From an uncultured delta proteobacterium (lineage in GTDB: Bacteria > Desulfobacterota > Binatia > UBA9968): a stretch of DNA of 64,000 nucleotides. Under the pieces are notes generated by a model that saw nothing but the letters and a program-made list of their open reading frames with translations, was not told the DNA's origin and did not search any database. The DNA is taken from contig CAVTUQ010000030.1 of the NCBI GenBank assembly GCA_963737905.1, positions 1 through 64,000 of the forward strand. Reading direction: 5' to 3'. The position numbers and the translations under genes are program-made. Positions 18,953 through 29,187 of the stretch are shown in pieces. Position 1 is the first letter of the stretch. Each line of letters starts with the position of its first letter.

Positions 18953-20296
18953 GTGATGACATCGGGGCCTTTTTTGAGTAGAGTGGCTCGAGCCCCGAGC
19001 TCGGAGGTAATCCCTTTGGAAACTGCGGCGCGTGAATTTCAGATCATGGTGAAGACAGTCGGTGCGATCTGTAACCTCGACTGTCACTATTGCTATTACC
19101 TCAAAAAGGAGGAGCTCTATCCCAAGGGATCCAATTTTCGTCTAAACGACGAAACTTTAGAGCGATATATCATCCAGCATATCCAGGCGACGCCCAAGGA
19201 GATGGTGAGCTTCTCCTGGCACGGCGGCGAACCGACCTTGCTGGGTGTCGACTTTTTTCGCAAGGCTGTCGAACTGCAGAAAAAACATCTGCCCGACGGG
19301 AAGAAGATCATTAACGGTATCCAGACCAACGGCACAACGATCGACGAGGAATGGTGCGAGTTTCTAGCCAACGAGAATTTCTATATCGGTCTCAGCCTCG
19401 ACGGGCCAAAGGAGTTACACGATCACTATCGCGTGACCAAGGGGCAAAAGCCCACCCACAAGCAAGTCGTGCACGCTTTCCAGATGCTGCGGCGGGCCAA
19501 GGTGCACGTCGATCTCCTCTGTGTGGTGCACGACGTTAACGTCAGGCATCCCACGCAGGTGTATCGTTACTTGAAAGAGATCGGCGGGCAGTATCTGCAG
19601 TTCCTCCCCCTTGTCGAAATCAACGACGATGCCGCGAGGTCGATCAATCCGCGCTCCGTCCCCGCCGCTGCCTATGGTGAATTTCTATGCACGATTTTCG
19701 ACGAATGGGTACGAAACGACATAGGCAAGATCTTCATCCAGCTCTTTGACGAGTCCGTGCGCCCGTTTTTAGGAATGGAACACGCGCTTTGCATTTATCG
19801 CGAGACCTGCGGCGATGTCCCGGTCATCGAGCACAACGGTGATTTTTACTCCTGCGACCATTACGTGTTGCCGGAATACAAGATCGGCAATATTTACGAG
19901 CAAACCGTGGCGGAAATGGTTGAGGACCCGCGGCAGCGTGACTTCGGACAGAAAAAATGGACGAGTTTGCCGCGCTACTGCAGGGAGTGCGAGGTCCTCA
20001 GCATGTGCAATGGCGGCTGTCCAAAGGATCGCGTGATCAAGACACCGGAAGGTGAAGAAGGGCTGAATTATCTGTGCGCGGGCTTAAAACAGTTCTTTAC
20101 CCATAGCAAGCCCTATTTTAGAAAGTTCGCTGAGTTGACGGACACCGGGGAGCCTACGGAAAAACTCATGGAAATCGTGCGCGCGACAGACGCCAAGACG
20201 TTTGTCCGTCAAGCCGGTCGCAACGATCCGTGCCCATGCGGCAGCGGGAAGAAATACAAGAGGTGCTGCTTGGGAAAGCAAACCTACGCGAGATAG
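18953..20296 (+). CDS. Anaerobic sulfatase maturase (radical SAM/SPASM) with C-terminal SEC-C motif
   Basis: CNLDCHYC, WHGGEP, YSCDHYV, CxxC...CNGGCPK, GRNDPCPCGSGKKYKRCC. Confidence 0.9.
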   Translation: MMTSGPFLSRVARAPSSEVIPLETAAREFQIMVKTVGAICNLDCHYCYYLKKEELYPKGSNFRLNDETLERYIIQHIQATPKEMVSFSWHGGEPTLLGVDFFRKAVELQKKHLPDGKKIINGIQTNGTTIDEEWCEFLANENFYIGLSLDGPKELHDHYRVTKGQKPTHKQVVHAFQMLRRAKVHVDLLCVVHDVNVRHPTQVYRYLKEIGGQYLQFLPLVEINDDAARSINPRSVPAAAYGEFLCTIFDEWVRNDIGKIFIQLFDESVRPFLGMEHALCIYRETCGDVPVIEHNGDFYSCDHYVLPEYKIGNIYEQTVAEMVEDPRQRDFGQKKWTSLPRYCRECEVLSMCNGGCPKDRVIKTPEGEEGLNYLCAGLKQFFTHSKPYFRKFAELTDTGEPTEKLMEIVRATDAKTFVRQAGRNDPCPCGSGKKYKRCCLGKQTYAR

Positions 20297-20444
20297 AGGC
20301 GCTGCTAGTGAACGGACGGAAACAGGTTGAAACGATCTATAACATCCGTTCGGGCTGAGGTTCTCGAGATACGATTCCGCTTTTTTCAGCACCTGCCTAT
20401 CGACGGTACAAACCATAGGGAGTGAAAGAAAGGGAGCCAACTCG

Positions 20445-21332
20445 ATGACGATCTATGACGACATGATGAAAGACGCCATTGACATCCATTGTCATATCGA
20501 TTTCGAGTTTTCGGCCAAAGAACGAAAACGGGAGCCAGAGTTTCAATGGCTGCCGAAGGCCGAGGCCATGGGCATGCGCGGCGTGGTTTTGAAATCCCAC
20601 TGGTGGCCTACGGTCAACGTTGTTCCTTATATTCTGGCGCCGGTACAAACCAAGATCGCGCTCTGGTCGAGCGTCGCACTCAATATCACCGCCGGTGGTC
20701 CCAACCCTTGCGTCGTCGAGGCCTGCGCCGAGCTGGGCGGCAAGATGGTCTTTCTCCCGACTTGGAGCGCTCGCAACGACGTCGAACGGAAGGGCTTTAG
20801 CAACCGGATCAAATCGTACTACGAGCACCACGCCCAACTAGAGAATCCCAATTACTATTTTCTCGACGACAAGGGAAAGCTGATTTCTCGCGGCCGTGAA
20901 ATCATCGAGTGTTGCAAAGCGCATGACCTTACGCTTGGCATGGGTCATGTATCGTGGCAAGAATCCCTGGCCTTTATCGAAGCGGCGCGCGACATGGGCT
21001 TTGACCGGATCGTCATTAACCATGCGCACAGTCACATCATCGCGATGCCGCTGGATGCCATGAAACGCGCCGCCGATATGGGAGCCTTCGTCGAAGTCTG
21101 CTGGAACGCGCTGGCCCCCGGCCGCATGGACTCTCCGGAGCTAGTCCAGCAATTGCGCGCCGTCGGATTGCGGCAAGTCATTGCGAGCACCGACTACTTC
21201 CGTCCTTATAGCCCGAACCCGGCGGAACTCTTTCGAATGTTCTTAGGTATGCTGCACGAGGGCGGCTTGAGCAAAGAAGAGGTGAAACAAGTCGCCGCCA
21301 CCAATCCAGCTCGGCTGATGGGACTAGAATGA
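20445..21332 (+). CDS. DUF6282-like metal-dependent amidohydrolase-fold protein
   Basis: DIHCH, VLKSH, LGMGH, INH, STD, NPARL. Confidence 0.75.
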   Translation: MTIYDDMMKDAIDIHCHIDFEFSAKERKREPEFQWLPKAEAMGMRGVVLKSHWWPTVNVVPYILAPVQTKIALWSSVALNITAGGPNPCVVEACAELGGKMVFLPTWSARNDVERKGFSNRIKSYYEHHAQLENPNYYFLDDKGKLISRGREIIECCKAHDLTLGMGHVSWQESLAFIEAARDMGFDRIVINHAHSHIIAMPLDAMKRAADMGAFVEVCWNALAPGRMDSPELVQQLRAVGLRQVIASTDYFRPYSPNPAELFRMFLGMLHEGGLSKEEVKQVAATNPARLMGLE

Positions 21333-21365
21333 CTTGGAATCTGGCGCTCGCCCACCGCTGCTCGG

Positions 21366-21707
21366 CTAGAGTCTTTCTTCGTCCGGCATTGTATCGGTCA
21401 CCAAATCGCGAATCAGAGGCCGCTTGGGCAGGGGTTCGACGGTTATGACAGTGGGGGTTAGCTTCGCGATGCAGGTGTATTCCACCTCGCCGTTAACCAG
21501 GGCCATACAGGTTTTGCACGCGTTGGCGTTGATACAGCTGTAGCGGATCGCCAGCGAGCTATCGAGATTTATGCGGATCCAGCGAAGCGCATCGAGCACC
21601 GACATCCCTTCTTCGAAGGGGACTTCGAAGTCGTCATAATGGCTCGCTTCGTTCATGGTGCCGCGCCGTACGCGGAGAACCGCTTTCCTAATTGATCGCT
21701 CAGTCAT
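21366..21707 (-). CDS. Small 2Fe-2S protein resembling only the N-terminal domain of SdhB/FrdB
   Basis: SVLDAL...YSCINANACKTC...YTC...VEPL...IRDL; overlaps the flavoprotein stop. Confidence 0.85.
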   Translation of the reverse strand: MTERSIRKAVLRVRRGTMNEASHYDDFEVPFEEGMSVLDALRWIRINLDSSLAIRYSCINANACKTCMALVNGEVEYTCIAKLTPTVITVEPLPKRPLIRDLVTDTMPDEERL

Positions 21708-23406
21708 GACTTTCATCGCGGCGATTCAACTGAACCGGCGCCGTCCAGCGAGAAAGGATCTCACCGCCCCGCATTTCAATTACTTGGTTCTTGAGCAACG
21801 ACTCATTGGCATCCGGAAAGTCTTCCCGCTGATGCGCGCCGCGGCTTTCGTTGCGCGCCAGTGCCGATCCAACAAGCGTTTCTGCGGTCGCCAACATAGC
21901 GCGCAACTCGAACCAATCCTGCAGATCAAGGTTGTACGAAGTTTCATCCGTTACTGAGGCATTCGGCAGGTCATCCCTTTGCATCTGCTGGATCCGCGCT
22001 AGTGCCGCGGCAAGCTTTTCTCCGGTACGAAACGGCCCTGCCTTTTCCCACATGAGATTCTGCAGCTCCGCTTGAAGCACGACTGGCGGAATACCGCCCT
22101 TCGAACACCTATTTTTCAATGCTCTCACGCGCTCCAATGCAGCTGCAGTTAACTCGCTCTTCCAATCACTGTGTGTGTGTTTCACTGCTTCGGCCGCGGA
22201 CGAACCGGCGCGCTCGCCGAACACAAATGCTTCCGTAATTGCATTACCTGACAGTCGGTTCGCGCCGTTGGCCCCACCCACCGCCTCGCCCGCGGCGTAG
22301 AGCCCATGAATGCATGTCTTCATGTGGCTGTTCACTCGCACCCCGCCCATATGATAATGGGCCATAGGACCCACCTCCACCGGCGTTTTCGTCAGATCAA
22401 TACCGTTCAGGAGCAAGCGATCAATCACCGGCCCAAAGGCAGCCCGTAGCCGGTTCTCAGAGATATGGCGAAAGTCGAGGTAGGCGCCGCCGTGCGGTGA
22501 CCCTCGGCCCGCTTCGGCTTCCTTTAGAATCGAATACGATGCCAAGTCTCGCGTGGCAGTGTACTGACCAAAGTCCGTGCCGCCGTAGTGATCGACGAAT
22601 TCTTCGAACTGGCCGTTGAGCAATTTCCCACCGAGCTTGTAGCGGAACGGGTCCCACATGATCGGATCCATGCCCACCAGCCGGGGCGCCAGATGACCGA
22701 TGGGAAAAAATTGGACGAATTCCATATCCACCAACTCGGCGCCGGCCCACAAGGCCAACGCGTAGCCCTCGCCGCCCATATTTACCGATGCGCTGCTGCG
22801 AGCATAGAGCTTGGTCAAACCGCCGGCGGCCAGAATAACAGCCTTGGCTTGAAACGTAATGAACTCACCGTCGATCACGTTGAGGCCCACAGCCCCGACG
22901 GCGCGACCGTCCTTGGTGACAATCTCGATGATGGTTACATTACTAAGACGACGAATGTCACTGATCTCGCTGACCTTGCGTCGCAACGTCGCCGCCACGG
23001 CCGGACCGGTGTTGAGAAAATCGACGTAGCAGCAGCGACGCCGGCCGTGGCCCGGCGCCATTTCTTGCTTGATGTGGCCGTTCTCCCGCGCCCAGCGTGT
23101 GCCCCACTGCTCCATCTCGAGAATACGCCTGGGACCGTCGTCGCAGAGAAGCGCGGACAACTCCTCGTTGCAAAGGCCTCGACCGGCTCTTAGAGTATCT
23201 TCAAAATGAATGGTCCAGTCGTCCGGCTCTTGCTGCCCAATGGCTGCGGCCACGGTCATTTGAGCCATGACCGTGGCGCCACCGCGACCCACGAGACTCT
23301 TGTCGAGCAGAATGACAGACGCGCCCTTTCGAGACGCTGCGATGGCAGCGTACATCCCGGCCCCTCCGGCGCCTATGATTAGCACGTCAGTGATAAGATG
23401 GGACAT
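21700..23406 (-). CDS. SdhA/FrdA/NadB-family flavoprotein, divergent
   Basis: GAGGAG, MEFVQF, HYHMGG, GANRLSGN, RNESRGAH. Confidence 0.88.
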   Translation of the reverse strand: MSHLITDVLIIGAGGAGMYAAIAASRKGASVILLDKSLVGRGGATVMAQMTVAAAIGQQEPDDWTIHFEDTLRAGRGLCNEELSALLCDDGPRRILEMEQWGTRWARENGHIKQEMAPGHGRRRCCYVDFLNTGPAVAATLRRKVSEISDIRRLSNVTIIEIVTKDGRAVGAVGLNVIDGEFITFQAKAVILAAGGLTKLYARSSASVNMGGEGYALALWAGAELVDMEFVQFFPIGHLAPRLVGMDPIMWDPFRYKLGGKLLNGQFEEFVDHYGGTDFGQYTATRDLASYSILKEAEAGRGSPHGGAYLDFRHISENRLRAAFGPVIDRLLLNGIDLTKTPVEVGPMAHYHMGGVRVNSHMKTCIHGLYAAGEAVGGANGANRLSGNAITEAFVFGERAGSSAAEAVKHTHSDWKSELTAAALERVRALKNRCSKGGIPPVVLQAELQNLMWEKAGPFRTGEKLAAALARIQQMQRDDLPNASVTDETSYNLDLQDWFELRAMLATAETLVGSALARNESRGAHQREDFPDANESLLKNQVIEMRGGEILSRWTAPVQLNRRDESHD

Positions 23407-23442
23407 CGGTTCTCACCGATACTTGAACTGGGCAGAATGTAG

Positions 23443-24180
23443 TTAGTGTTTGGCGTCTGGCAAACCTGTCTGTTGCAGTTCGTGTAGCGCCTGCTTCGCG
23501 GCTTCCTGCTCCGACTGTTTTTTGGTTTTTCCTTCTCCCTGGCCGAGCATTTTGCCACCTACGGCTATTTCTGTAACGAAGCATTTGTCATGGTCCGGGC
23601 CGCTCTCAGAAACCAGGCGATAGCTTGGCGGAGCATGAAACAGCATCTGACTGATCTCTTGCAACCGGGTTTTATAATCCTGCTGCCCGAGGCTTTTCCC
23701 TTTAACATCGGTAGTAAAATACTTTTCCACCAGACGGCGGGCAGCTTCATAACCCCCGTCCCGGTAGACTGCGCCGAGCAGCGCTTCGAAAGCACCGGCC
23801 AAGATGGAAGGCTTGTCCCTGCCACCGCTGCGCTCTTCACCTTTGCCTAAGCGAAGCAACGGACCAAGATTGAGCAGAGCCGCCTTTTCAGGAAGCACCG
23901 TGGAATTCACCAGGGCCGCACGCATTCTGGACAGGTCTCCTTCGCTTTTTTCCGGAAAGGTACGGATCAAGAAATCACTGATGGCAAGATCCAGGACCGC
24001 GTCGCCGAGAAACTCCAGCACTTCGTTGTGCCCTGCGCTTTTTTCACGGTCATAAGAAACGTGGGTCAGAGCACGAACAAGCAAAGAAGCATCCGTGAAG
24101 GAGTATTCCAACTCCTTCTCGAGTTCCGCTAACTGTGGTTCTTTTTTCAACCTAGCCTGCGTTAGAAGCGAGCGCGTCAT
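23443..24180 (-). CDS. rnc: Ribonuclease III
   Basis: LEFLGDAVL, FEALLGAVY, dsRBD DYKTRLQE. Confidence 0.95.
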   Translation of the reverse strand: MTRSLLTQARLKKEPQLAELEKELEYSFTDASLLVRALTHVSYDREKSAGHNEVLEFLGDAVLDLAISDFLIRTFPEKSEGDLSRMRAALVNSTVLPEKAALLNLGPLLRLGKGEERSGGRDKPSILAGAFEALLGAVYRDGGYEAARRLVEKYFTTDVKGKSLGQQDYKTRLQEISQMLFHAPPSYRLVSESGPDHDKCFVTEIAVGGKMLGQGEGKTKKQSEQEAAKQALHELQQTGLPDAKH

Positions 24181-25526
24181 GTCACTGAACACCGGGCCGA
24201 AACAGTCTCCAACGGAGCCCCCCGCAGCCATCCCTCCTCAAGGCCGTCGATTTCAACCTCGATTTCACGATTAACAAGGTCTCCGCAATCAGATACTACG
24301 ACCGGTAAATAGTTTCGGCTGAAGCCGCAATGCCTGCCAGTCGCGCGATCAATTTTTCCTTCGACGAGCACCAACACCCTCCGGCCCCGGAAGCGAAGAC
24401 AAAAATCTCTCTTCTTTATCGCGCCCAGCTCGCGCATTCTGCGGGCACGAGTCTTCTTAACTTCACCACCCACATGGTCCGGCAATGAGGCTGCGATCGT
24501 TCCACGCCGCAAAGAATAGGGAAATACGTGAAAATAGGTGAGCGGTAAAGCGGCAAAGAATTCCAGCTCACGTTCGAATGCTTCGTCCGTCTCGCCGGGA
24601 AAGCCAACGATAATATCACTCCCCAGGGCGGCCTCCGGTAAGCGCTCGCGAACTTTCATCAAGAGCTCGCGGTAATACGCTCGGTCGTAGTTTCGCCGCA
24701 TCGATTTCAAGATTTCGTCATCACCGGCTTGCGCGCAGATATGCAGGTGCGGACAGATGACGTCGGAACTTGCCATGAGGTCGAGCAAACGATCCGGTAC
24801 TTCGCGCGGATCCAATGAGCTCAGCCTGACGCGCGGGATCAATCGGCTCTGGCCGATCATTTCCAATAGAGCGGTGAGATCGATCTTGGGCATGCGATCC
24901 TGCCCGTAACCCCCGAGATGGATTCCCGTCAGAACGATTTCCGTGTAGCCGGCATCGGCAAGCATGCGGACCTGCTCCAGGACTTCTCGAGGTGATACAC
25001 TGCGGCTCAAGCCCCGGGCCCTGGGAATGATGCAGTAGGTACAGGAATAATTGCAGCCTTCCTGAATCTTCAGAAACGCACGTGTATGCCCCGGCAGCGC
25101 TCTCGTCCCTAGAACCGGGACTCCGCGCTCTCTTTTCACATCGCTGACCGCAACTCTGACATCGGGATCTTTGGGAAGGTCAACGAATTGAAGTAGATCG
25201 TCCAGACGATTGAGCCCGACAACATAGTCAACCCCAGGCACACGCGCGACCTCCGCCGGGTTAACCTGCGCGTAACAACCGGTGACCAGCACTTTTGCAC
25301 CTGGACTTAACCGTTTCGCACGCCGCACCAGCTGTCGCGCCTCCCAATCGGCGCGGTCGGTTACTGTGCAGGTATTGATAATGTAGCAATCCGCCTCCGC
25401 GTCGAAGGGCACAAATGAATGCTGGCCTTCCAAACGGTCCTGGATCACCGCGGAATCGTATTGGTTGATTTTGCAACCTAGAGTTGTAATGGCTATCTTC
25501 ACTTCGTCCAGACCATCAAGTTTCAA
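24177..25526 (-). CDS. mtaB: tRNA t6A37 methylthiotransferase
   Basis: TLGCKINQYD, NTCTVT, QEGCNYSCTYC, HVFPYS. Confidence 0.93.
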   Translation of the reverse strand: MKLDGLDEVKIAITTLGCKINQYDSAVIQDRLEGQHSFVPFDAEADCYIINTCTVTDRADWEARQLVRRAKRLSPGAKVLVTGCYAQVNPAEVARVPGVDYVVGLNRLDDLLQFVDLPKDPDVRVAVSDVKRERGVPVLGTRALPGHTRAFLKIQEGCNYSCTYCIIPRARGLSRSVSPREVLEQVRMLADAGYTEIVLTGIHLGGYGQDRMPKIDLTALLEMIGQSRLIPRVRLSSLDPREVPDRLLDLMASSDVICPHLHICAQAGDDEILKSMRRNYDRAYYRELLMKVRERLPEAALGSDIIVGFPGETDEAFERELEFFAALPLTYFHVFPYSLRRGTIAASLPDHVGGEVKKTRARRMRELGAIKKRDFCLRFRGRRVLVLVEGKIDRATGRHCGFSRNYLPVVVSDCGDLVNREIEVEIDGLEEGWLRGAPLETVSARCSVT

Positions 25527-25576
25527 ATCTCAGAACATCGTCGAACTTTGAGATCTGGCATTTGAGATTTGCAATC
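25521..25576. repeat. TGAGAT/ATCTCA unit inverted-repeat element
   Basis: ttcaaatctcag...tttgagatctggcatttgagatttgcaat at the mnmA-mtaB junction. Confidence 0.55.
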
Positions 25577-25589
25577 GCGCCGCCGCGCG

Positions 25590-26639
25590 CTAGCGGATCG
25601 CTTGCGTGATCCACCCACCCCCCAAGACGCGATCGCCACTATAAAAGACTGCCGCCTGCCCAGGTGTTACCGCTAAAGAATCTTCTGTGAAGCGAACTTC
25701 GGCGGTTCCTTCAACCGTTCTCCGAACAACACACGGAATCGCCGGTGACCGGTAGCGGATCTGTACTTCCGCTGCAATCTCGGCTTCAGAGAACGGCTCG
25801 ATCCAGTTGATGTTTGCAGCAATAAGGCCCTTACAAACAAGCTCTTCCTTCGTGCCCACCACCACCCGCTTCGACTCCCCTTCGATATCGACCACATAGA
25901 GCGGCCGAGATGCGGAAATTCCCAACCCCCTTCGCTGCCCGATGGTAACGCCATGAATGCCACTGTGCCGGCCCAGCACCTTTCCCGACCGATCCACCAC
26001 GTCACCACCGCTACGCTCGTTCTCAGGCGCATAGGATTCCACCAGGGCCTTATAATCGCCAAAACAGACATCCTGGCTTTCCGGACGCTCCGCGGCCGAC
26101 AATCTTAGTCGCCGGGCAAGCGCGCGTACCTCGCTCTTCTGCATCTCTCCTAGTGGAAACAGCGTATGCGCCAACTGCTGTTGGGAGAGCGAAAAGAGAA
26201 AATAAGACTGGTCTTTGCCGCGGTCGGCACCGCGCAATAGCGAACTTCGCCCCCCGCCCGCATCGCACCCGACGCGCGCATAGTGGCCCGTGGCAACATA
26301 ATCAAGCCGACGTTCTATCGCCCATTGGAGCAACGTACCGAACTTGAAATCTCGGTTGCAGGCAACGCAGGGATTTGGCGTGTGCCCGCGGAGGTAATCT
26401 TCTGCGAACGGCCTCACCACCGTGTCGGCAAATGGCCTGCGCAAATCGATCAGCGTGTGAGATATGCCTAACTCGGCCGCGATCTCCTTAGCGCCACGGT
26501 GGTCGGAGCAGACGCGCGGCCCGGCACTGCCTTCCCACATGCGCAAAGAAACTCCCTGGACGTCGTAGCCCTGCTCCACGAGCAAACCGGCAGCGACCGA
26601 ACTATCAACGCCGCCACTCATCGCGACAGCAACCTTCAT
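25590..26639 (-). CDS. mnmA: tRNA 2-thiouridine synthase
   Basis: AMSGGVDS, TPNPCVACN, ATGHY, KDQSYFL, ESQDVCF, TPGQ. Confidence 0.96.
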   Translation of the reverse strand: MKVAVAMSGGVDSSVAAGLLVEQGYDVQGVSLRMWEGSAGPRVCSDHRGAKEIAAELGISHTLIDLRRPFADTVVRPFAEDYLRGHTPNPCVACNRDFKFGTLLQWAIERRLDYVATGHYARVGCDAGGGRSSLLRGADRGKDQSYFLFSLSQQQLAHTLFPLGEMQKSEVRALARRLRLSAAERPESQDVCFGDYKALVESYAPENERSGGDVVDRSGKVLGRHSGIHGVTIGQRRGLGISASRPLYVVDIEGESKRVVVGTKEELVCKGLIAANINWIEPFSEAEIAAEVQIRYRSPAIPCVVRRTVEGTAEVRFTEDSLAVTPGQAAVFYSGDRVLGGGWITQAIR

Positions 26640-26664
26640 CGTTCGCGACCTCATACTTGTCTTC

Positions 26665-26752
26665 TTAAACGGCTGGAACGTGGAACGGTTGGAACAACTG
26701 GAACGAAAATCTTTGGCGGTTCCAAGCGTTCCATAAGTTCCAGGCGTTCAAA
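26665..26752. repeat. TGGAAC/GTTCCA tandem-unit inverted element
   Basis: tggaac x4, then gttcca x3 and gttcaa, period about 7-9 nt, between cysE and mnmA. Confidence 0.8.
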
Positions 26753-26773
26753 TCATCGCTGTCAGTTTTCGAG

Positions 26774-27508
26774 TCAGCTTCCCGTATTTCTGAGCAGCTC
26801 CTTCACTTTGTTGAGAACTTCGCTCTCCTCGGCGGTTTTTTCCTCAAGGCCGCCTTGCCGGGCATTCAATTCATCGATCTTCTTCTCCAATCTTTCAACG
26901 TACTCGGCCAAGCTCCCGATCGCTTTAGCGATTGGGTCGGGCAGGTCGGCCGAGTTGAGGTCAATAATCGCTTTGCCTGCAGGCGTATGCTGGGCCTCGA
27001 TCTTTACGACCTTGCCCGGGATGCCGACCACAGTGGAGTGTGGCGGAACCGAAGTCACCAGGACGGAGCCGGCTCCCACCCGGCTGTGGCGACCGACGGT
27101 CACGGGACCCAGGACCGCCGCGCCGCTGAAGATCGTGACGGAGTCCTCGATGGTGGGATGACGCTTGGTACGCTGCGTCGACGTACCACCGAGCGTGACA
27201 CCCTGGTAGATCGTAACATCATCGCCGATTTCGGTTGTCTCGCCGACAACGACACCCATGCCGTGGTCGATAAAAAAACGCCGGCCGATTTTTGCGCCGG
27301 GATGGATCTCGATGCCTGTAAGAAAGCGCCCGATATGGCTCACGAAACGCGCCAGGGTCGTGAGTTGGCGTTGCCATAACCAGTGTGCCAGCCGGTGCAA
27401 CAGGATCGCGTGAAATCCAGGATAAGCAAGCGCGATTTCCCACACCGACCGCAATGCCGGGTCGCGCTGGGAAATAACCTGGATATCTTCTTTAATGGTT
27501 TGCCACAT
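26774..27508 (-). CDS. cysE: Serine O-acetyltransferase
   Basis: [25 protein letters not shown] hexapeptide repeats. Confidence 0.96.
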   Translation of the reverse strand: MWQTIKEDIQVISQRDPALRSVWEIALAYPGFHAILLHRLAHWLWQRQLTTLARFVSHIGRFLTGIEIHPGAKIGRRFFIDHGMGVVVGETTEIGDDVTIYQGVTLGGTSTQRTKRHPTIEDSVTIFSGAAVLGPVTVGRHSRVGAGSVLVTSVPPHSTVVGIPGKVVKIEAQHTPAGKAIIDLNSADLPDPIAKAIGSLAEYVERLEKKIDELNARQGGLEEKTAEESEVLNKVKELLRNTGS

Positions 27509-27525
27509 GGCGGAGAACTTGCGGC

Positions 27526-27602
27526 GTTGGAGTGTTGGAGTATTCGAACACGGGTCGGATTGCCCCTCCGATCACTCCTTTACTCCGTTGCTCCATCTCT
27601 CC
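27526..27602. repeat. TGGAGT/ACTCC 8-nt-period inverted element
   Basis: gttggagt gttggagt ... cactcc tttactcc gttgctcc atctctcc between cimA and cysE. Confidence 0.7.
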
Positions 27603-27606
27603 TTTT

Positions 27607-29187
27607 CTACGAGCTGGCCCGTCGCCGCGAATCTTTGTAAAGCTTATAATCAATACTATCCACCAACGCTTGCCAGCTCGCTTCGATGACGTTATGTGAC
27701 ACGCCCACCGTTCCCCAGCGCTCTTTGCCGTCGCCCGATTCGATCAACACACGCACCACCGCGCCGGTCCCTTCGCCCGTCGAGAGAACCCGTACTTTGT
27801 AATCCAACAATTCCACTTGCTTGAGCGACGGATAGAACTTCGTCAACGCCCGGCGCAAGGCTTGATCGAGAGCGTTCACCGGGCCGTTGCCCATCGCCGC
27901 GGCGTGCTCCATCACACCATCGACTTGCACCATAATGGTCGCCTCGGAAATCGGCGGCTCGCCCTCCTTGCGCTTCTCGTCGATGACCCGAAAGCCGACG
28001 AGATTGAAATTTTTCTTTTTCCGGCCGAGCGCTTCCTGGATCAACAATTCGAACGACGCTTCGGCGGCTTGGAATTCGTATCCCTGGCCCTCAAGCTCTT
28101 TGGTGCGGCGCAGTATCTCCTTAACCGCATCACTATGGTTCAGATCGATACCGTACTCTTTGCCTTTGTAGACGATATTGCTCCGGCCCGAGAGGTCGGA
28201 GACGAGAACCCGCTGGCGATTGCCGACCAGTTCCGGGTCGATGTGCTCGTAGGTCTCGCGGTTCTTGAGCACGCCCGAAACATGCAACCCGCCCTTATGC
28301 GCAAAGGCGCTATCGCCGACATACGCTTGATGCTTGTTCGGTTGAATATTTGCCAGCTCGTAAAACAGTTGTGAAACATCGCGCAGCTTTTTCAACTGCG
28401 CCGGCGTGACGCACTTCTTGCCCAGCTTCAGTTGCAAGTTGGCGATCACGGAAATCAAATTGACGTTGCCGCAACGCTCGCCAAAACCATTGATCGTGCC
28501 TTGAACTTGGGTGGCTCCGGTCTCGACACCGGCGAGCGTATTGGCGACCGCCAGCTCGCCGTCATTGTGGCAGTGGATGCCGAGCGGTGTTTTGATCATC
28601 CGGTTCACGTGGATGAGCGCCTGGTGAATATCGCCCGGCAGTCGCCCACCGTTAGTTTCGCAGAGCACGATCCAATCCGCCCCGCCGTCCTGTGCCGCTT
28701 TGAGGCATTCCAAGGCGTACTCCGGATTGTCGCGAAAGCCGTCAAAGAAATGCTCGGCGTCAAAAATCACTTCATCGACGCGCTTTTTCATGAAGGCAAT
28801 CGAATCGGCAATGAGCTCCAGATTCGCCTTTTGGCTGATGCGCAAATCATCGCGCACGTGCAGATCCCAAGCCTTGCCGACTAACGTCACCACCGGGGTG
28901 TCCGCGGCGAGAAGCACTTTGAGATTGATGTCCTGCGACGGCTTGGCACCAAACTTTCGGGTGGTGCCGAAGGACGCGATCTTGGCATTCTTCAACTTGA
29001 GCTTCTTCACCTGCTTGAAGAAATCCGCGTCCCTTGCATTTGACCCCGGATAGCCGCCTTCGATGTAGTCAATCCCCAACTCCTCCAGCTTCTCGGCAAT
29101 GCGCAGTTTATCTTCAAGAGTGAAGGAGATGTCTTCCGCCTGACAGCCGTCCCTCAACGTCGTGTCATAAAGCAAAACGTCTTTCAT
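27607..29187 (-). CDS. cimA: Citramalate synthase
   Basis: [30 protein letters not shown]-terminal regulatory domain. Confidence 0.92.
   Translation of the reverse strand: MKDVLLYDTTLRDGCQAEDISFTLEDKLRIAEKLEELGIDYIEGGYPGSNARDADFFKQVKKLKLKNAKIASFGTTRKFGAKPSQDINLKVLLAADTPVVTLVGKAWDLHVRDDLRISQKANLELIADSIAFMKKRVDEVIFDAEHFFDGFRDNPEYALECLKAAQDGGADWIVLCETNGGRLPGDIHQALIHVNRMIKTPLGIHCHNDGELAVANTLAGVETGATQVQGTINGFGERCGNVNLISVIANLQLKLGKKCVTPAQLKKLRDVSQLFYELANIQPNKHQAYVGDSAFAHKGGLHVSGVLKNRETYEHIDPELVGNRQRVLVSDLSGRSNIVYKGKEYGIDLNHSDAVKEILRRTKELEGQGYEFQAAEASFELLIQEALGRKKKNFNLVGFRVIDEKRKEGEPPISEATIMVQVDGVMEHAAAMGNGPVNALDQALRRALTKFYPSLKQVELLDYKVRVLSTGEGTGAVVRVLIESGDGKERWGTVGVSHNVIEASWQALVDSIDYKLYKDSRRRASS

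Noticed and set aside
20310-20351. Another GAAC-family element
   Set aside because: Only a 7-bp inverted repeat with degenerate units; could be an ordinary hairpin
21366-23406. Canonical sdhAB/frdAB call
   Set aside because: Key His residues, the 4Fe-4S/3Fe-4S domain and the membrane anchors are missing
26665-26752. Possible CRISPR array
   Set aside because: Units are only 7-9 nt with no unique spacers and no cas genes; the same applies to the other repeat elements
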